Positions 61,028 through 64,000 of a DNA stretch of 64,000 nucleotides are shown here, in pieces. Numbering within the stretch: the first letter of the stretch is position 1; each line of letters opens with the position of its first letter. A program made the position numbers and the translations under genes. The notes under the pieces were generated by a model. It was not told the origin of the DNA, did not search any database, and was given only the letters and a program-made list of their open reading frames with translations. Source of the DNA: Gemmatimonadaceae bacterium (GTDB lineage Bacteria; Gemmatimonadota; Gemmatimonadetes; Gemmatimonadales; Gemmatimonadaceae); NCBI GenBank assembly GCA_036560025.1, contig DATBRZ010000259.1, forward strand, positions 96 through 64,095, in the 5' to 3' direction.

Positions 61028-62368
61028 GTGGAGCAACTCGACAAGCCGCTAAGACGGCAGGAGCGACGGCGACCGGAACGCCGCGCGCTATTCCTCGCTC
61101 AGATCAGCCGCTCGCTCAACGACTCACTGGATTACGAGCAAACACTCGACAGGATTGCGCGGCTCGCGATGCCGGAGCTCGGCGCCTGGTGCATGGTGGA
61201 CCTGCTAGAGCCCAATGGAACAGTTCGGCGGCTCGAGATCATTCATCCCGATCCAAAGCTTCAGAAGCTCGTGCGCGAGCTCGAGCAGCGATATCCGCCG
61301 CAGCGCGATGATGCACTCGGCGCCCCGCGACTGCTCGAGACACAACAGCCAGAGCTGGTGCCTGAGGTTTCGGATGAATTGCTGGAGAGAGAAGCGAGAG
61401 ACGCCCGCCATCTCGAGATCCTCCGGGCGCTCCGCATCGGCTCATACATGGTCGTGCCGCTCAAGCGGCGCGGCAAACTACTGGGAACGCTCACATTCGT
61501 CAGCGCCGACAACGGTCTGCGATATGCGCCGCGTGATCTGCTGTTTGCGGAAGATCTCGCCGATCGTGCGGCGGTCGCGATGGACAACGCGCGACTCTAC
61601 CGCGAAGCCGAGAATTCGCGTCAGGAAGCAATTGCGGCCCTTGCGCACGCGGCGGAGTCGGATCGCGCCAAGGCAGACTTTCTCTCGGTGATGAGCCATG
61701 AGCTGCACACCCCGCTGAACGCGATCGGCGGATATGCGGAATTGCTCGAGCTCGGCATGCGTGGCCCGATCACCGACCAGCAGCGCGAAGCCATCAATCG
61801 GATAAAGCAGAGTCAGCAGCAGCTGCTGGCAGTCGTGAACGACATTCTCACCTTCTCGCGAACCGAGCATGGCCGCCTTTCCGTTCGTCGGGAGAACGTC
61901 AACGTGAACGACGCGCTGGAAGCAGTTCGTTTCATCGCCGAGCCGCTCATTCGAGCGAATGATCTCACGTACGAGTTTCGTCCGTCGGTTCCACCGGCGA
62001 TTGCAGTAGCCGATCGGGAACGCATGCAACACATCGTTGTGAATCTGCTCTCGAATGCGGTGAAGTTCAGTCCGCATGGCTCTCCGATCGTCATCGAGTG
62101 CGCGCAACGCGGGAAAGTCGTGGAGATCAAAGTGATCGACGTGGGTAGCGGCATACCTGCTGAGAAGCATGAGCTCATCTTCCAGCCGTTCACTCAGGCA
62201 TCAACGGGGTTCACGCGTACCGCCGGCGGCAGTGGTCTTGGCCTCGCGATCAGTAGAGATCTCGCGAGGTTGATGGGAGGCGATGTTACCGTCGAGAGTG
62301 AGCCGGGGCGCGGCTCGACATTCACTCTCAGCCTGCCAGTGGCATCGGACGCCAGCACCGCGTTGTAA
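61028..62368 (+). CDS. cytoplasmic GAF-domain histidine kinase
   Basis: SLDYEQTL GAF, DNARLY, SHELHTPL, NAVKF, GSGLGL; GTG start inferred. Confidence 0.92.
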   Translation: MEQLDKPLRRQERRRPERRALFLAQISRSLNDSLDYEQTLDRIARLAMPELGAWCMVDLLEPNGTVRRLEIIHPDPKLQKLVRELEQRYPPQRDDALGAPRLLETQQPELVPEVSDELLEREARDARHLEILRALRIGSYMVVPLKRRGKLLGTLTFVSADNGLRYAPRDLLFAEDLADRAAVAMDNARLYREAENSRQEAIAALAHAAESDRAKADFLSVMSHELHTPLNAIGGYAELLELGMRGPITDQQREAINRIKQSQQQLLAVVNDILTFSRTEHGRLSVRRENVNVNDALEAVRFIAEPLIRANDLTYEFRPSVPPAIAVADRERMQHIVVNLLSNAVKFSPHGSPIVIECAQRGKVVEIKVIDVGSGIPAEKHELIFQPFTQASTGFTRTAGGSGLGLAISRDLARLMGGDVTVESEPGRGSTFTLSLPVASDASTAL

Positions 62369-62399
62369 GCCAAGGTCGGGCCGGTAGATTTCGCGGCCC

Positions 62400-63302
62400 A
62401 TGAACGTTCTCCGCACACTGCTCGCTCGCAGCATCGACTACGCCGGATTGTTTCCCCCGGCGAGGCTCTCGATGTCGGAAGCGGTCTCGTGCTACGCTTC
62501 GTACGTAAAAGGTCCTGACAACGAGCTGCTGGGAAGGTTCGTCGTGGCCGGGCAACGTCTAGGCGAGTTTGCTCGTGCCGCTGAGTCGCAGCTACCGCAC
62601 GGAGAACAATCGACGCCGTGGCGGGTCACAGCGCTTGTCGGATCCGACATCGATTCGGAACGAGAGCAGATACTCGAATTCAATGCGGGTCATACTGCGA
62701 TGTCCGAGCTGGGCCACGTTGTGTGCGACAGCGTCGAGGGGCGAGCAACAACCGCTGCAGAGATCCGTTCGATTCGTGAATCCTTCTCAGATCTGTCGTT
62801 GATGTTCGTCGAGATTCCAGCTGCATCTGCCGAAACCCTGATTCCCGTGATCGCGAGCGAAGGCGCAAAAGCAAAGATCAGAACGGGCGGTGTCGCGCCC
62901 GATGCGTTTCCCCAGCCGCGCGAGATAACCACCTTCATTGCGGCGTGCCATCGCGACGAAGTTGCTTTCAAGGCGACCGCGGGACTGCACCACCCGTTGC
63001 GCGCGGAGTATCCGCTCACGTACGAGCCTCAAAGCGAGCGCGCACCCATGTACGGTTATCTCAATCTTTTTCTTGCAGCCGCCACAATCCTTAGCGGCGA
63101 GGAGATCGAGGTAGCAGAGGAAGCGCTGATGGAGAGCGATCAGCGCGCGATTGAAGCGTCGCACTCCTTTCTCACATGGCGAGGCCACCGCTACGACGAA
63201 CCTCAAATCCGGCGACTGCGCGAGTCCCTGTTTCTTTCGTTCGGGTCTTGCTCCTTCGTCGAACCCGTCACTGAAATACGAGCGATGGGGCTTCTGCCGT
63301 GA
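62400..63302 (+). CDS. conserved hypothetical protein coupled to fahA
   Basis: IDYAGLFPPA, KIRTGG, FKATAGLHHP, SFGSCSF.EP; GTGA overlap with fahA. Confidence 0.82.
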   Translation: MNVLRTLLARSIDYAGLFPPARLSMSEAVSCYASYVKGPDNELLGRFVVAGQRLGEFARAAESQLPHGEQSTPWRVTALVGSDIDSEREQILEFNAGHTAMSELGHVVCDSVEGRATTAAEIRSIRESFSDLSLMFVEIPAASAETLIPVIASEGAKAKIRTGGVAPDAFPQPREITTFIAACHRDEVAFKATAGLHHPLRAEYPLTYEPQSERAPMYGYLNLFLAAATILSGEEIEVAEEALMESDQRAIEASHSFLTWRGHRYDEPQIRRLRESLFLSFGSCSFVEPVTEIRAMGLLP

Positions 63303-64000
63303 ATCGTACGCACGACCCTTCGCTTCGAAGCTGGATCGATTCGGCGAACAAACCGAACGCAGAGTTTCCCATTCAGAGCCTGCCCTTCGGCGTGTTTTCA
63401 CGGGGGAGAGGAAGTGACCGTCGAGTCGGCATCGCAATCGGCGACTTCGTTCTTGACATCACTGAATGCGTTGCGAAAGGATTGATCGAGCCAGGCGAAG
63501 CCCCGAAGAGCTGCGCGGAGCCGACGGTGAATCGGCTGATGTCGCTGGAATCGCGAGACATCTCGGAACTACGGTCGGCGATCAGCGATCTTTTGTCGGC
63601 GAGCGGTGACTCCGCCTCGAATGCACAACGATCCGCAGCGGACCTGCTCGTTCCGCTGAACGAGGTGTCGCTCCACTTGCCAGTCGCGGTGGGCGACTAC
63701 AGTGATTTCTACGCATCCATCCATCATGCGACCAACGTCGGCGCGATGTTCAGGCCCGACAATCCTCTTCTTCCCAACTACAAGTACCTGCCGATCGGGT
63801 ATCACGGACGTGCGTCGTCGATAGTGGTGAGCGGCACGCGAGTGGTACGACCGCGCGGACAGACTAAGGGGGCAAACGATCGGGAACCAAAGTTCGGCCC
63901 GACTCGAATGCTGGATTATGAAATGGAGCTTGGTGCGTACGTGAGGGGCTCCAATTCGCTTGGATCCTCAATTGCGATCGATGACGCGCAGGATCATGTG
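63299..64000 (+). CDS. fahA: fumarylacetoacetase, runs off the window
   Basis: Manual translation: MNRTHDPSLRSW...FPIQSLPFGVF...GDYSDFYASIHHATNVG...YHGRASS...LDYEMELG. Confidence 0.93.
   Translation, partial: MNRTHDPSLRSWIDSANKPNAEFPIQSLPFGVFSRGRGSDRRVGIAIGDFVLDITECVAKGLIEPGEAPKSCAEPTVNRLMSLESRDISELRSAISDLLSASGDSASNAQRSAADLLVPLNEVSLHLPVAVGDYSDFYASIHHATNVGAMFRPDNPLLPNYKYLPIGYHGRASSIVVSGTRVVRPRGQTKGANDREPKFGPTRMLDYEMELGAYVRGSNSLGSSIAIDDAQDHV

Overview
High-GC bacterial chromosomal window; the gene repertoire suggests a Gemmatimonadota-like organism (inference, not tested). Most of it is housekeeping: ispE, pdxJ, mce, trxA, rsmI, a DinG helicase, lexA, gltX, purNH, selA, thrS, a thiolase/hbd/acyl-CoA dehydrogenase/Leu dehydrogenase block, rpiB, glyA, nnr, thiL, plsC, eno, ftsB, fahA, and five tRNAs. 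Accessory pockets: (i) a TsdA-like cytochrome plus a Tat-exported DsrE-like protein between two tRNA-Ser genes; (ii) a decayed DUF1259/ChrB-type locus behind tRNA-Met; (iii) a carbamoyltransferase-SxtJ-SxtK-SGNH/TPR operon facing a GT-C glycosyltransferase; (iv) a BlaI/M56 module with readable operators. The best candidate for an undescribed system is (iii). Its 52-aa micropeptide, absent from the ORF track, ends in PFIYTIF, matching the Tyr acyl-shuttle motif of DltX/AlgI, but no MBOAT is present, which suggests a trans-membrane carbamoyl relay. Intergenic heptamer-based inverted repeats and a truncated four-helix-bundle gene hint at a small repeat-associated element family. All family assignments come from motif recognition by eye; no searches were run.
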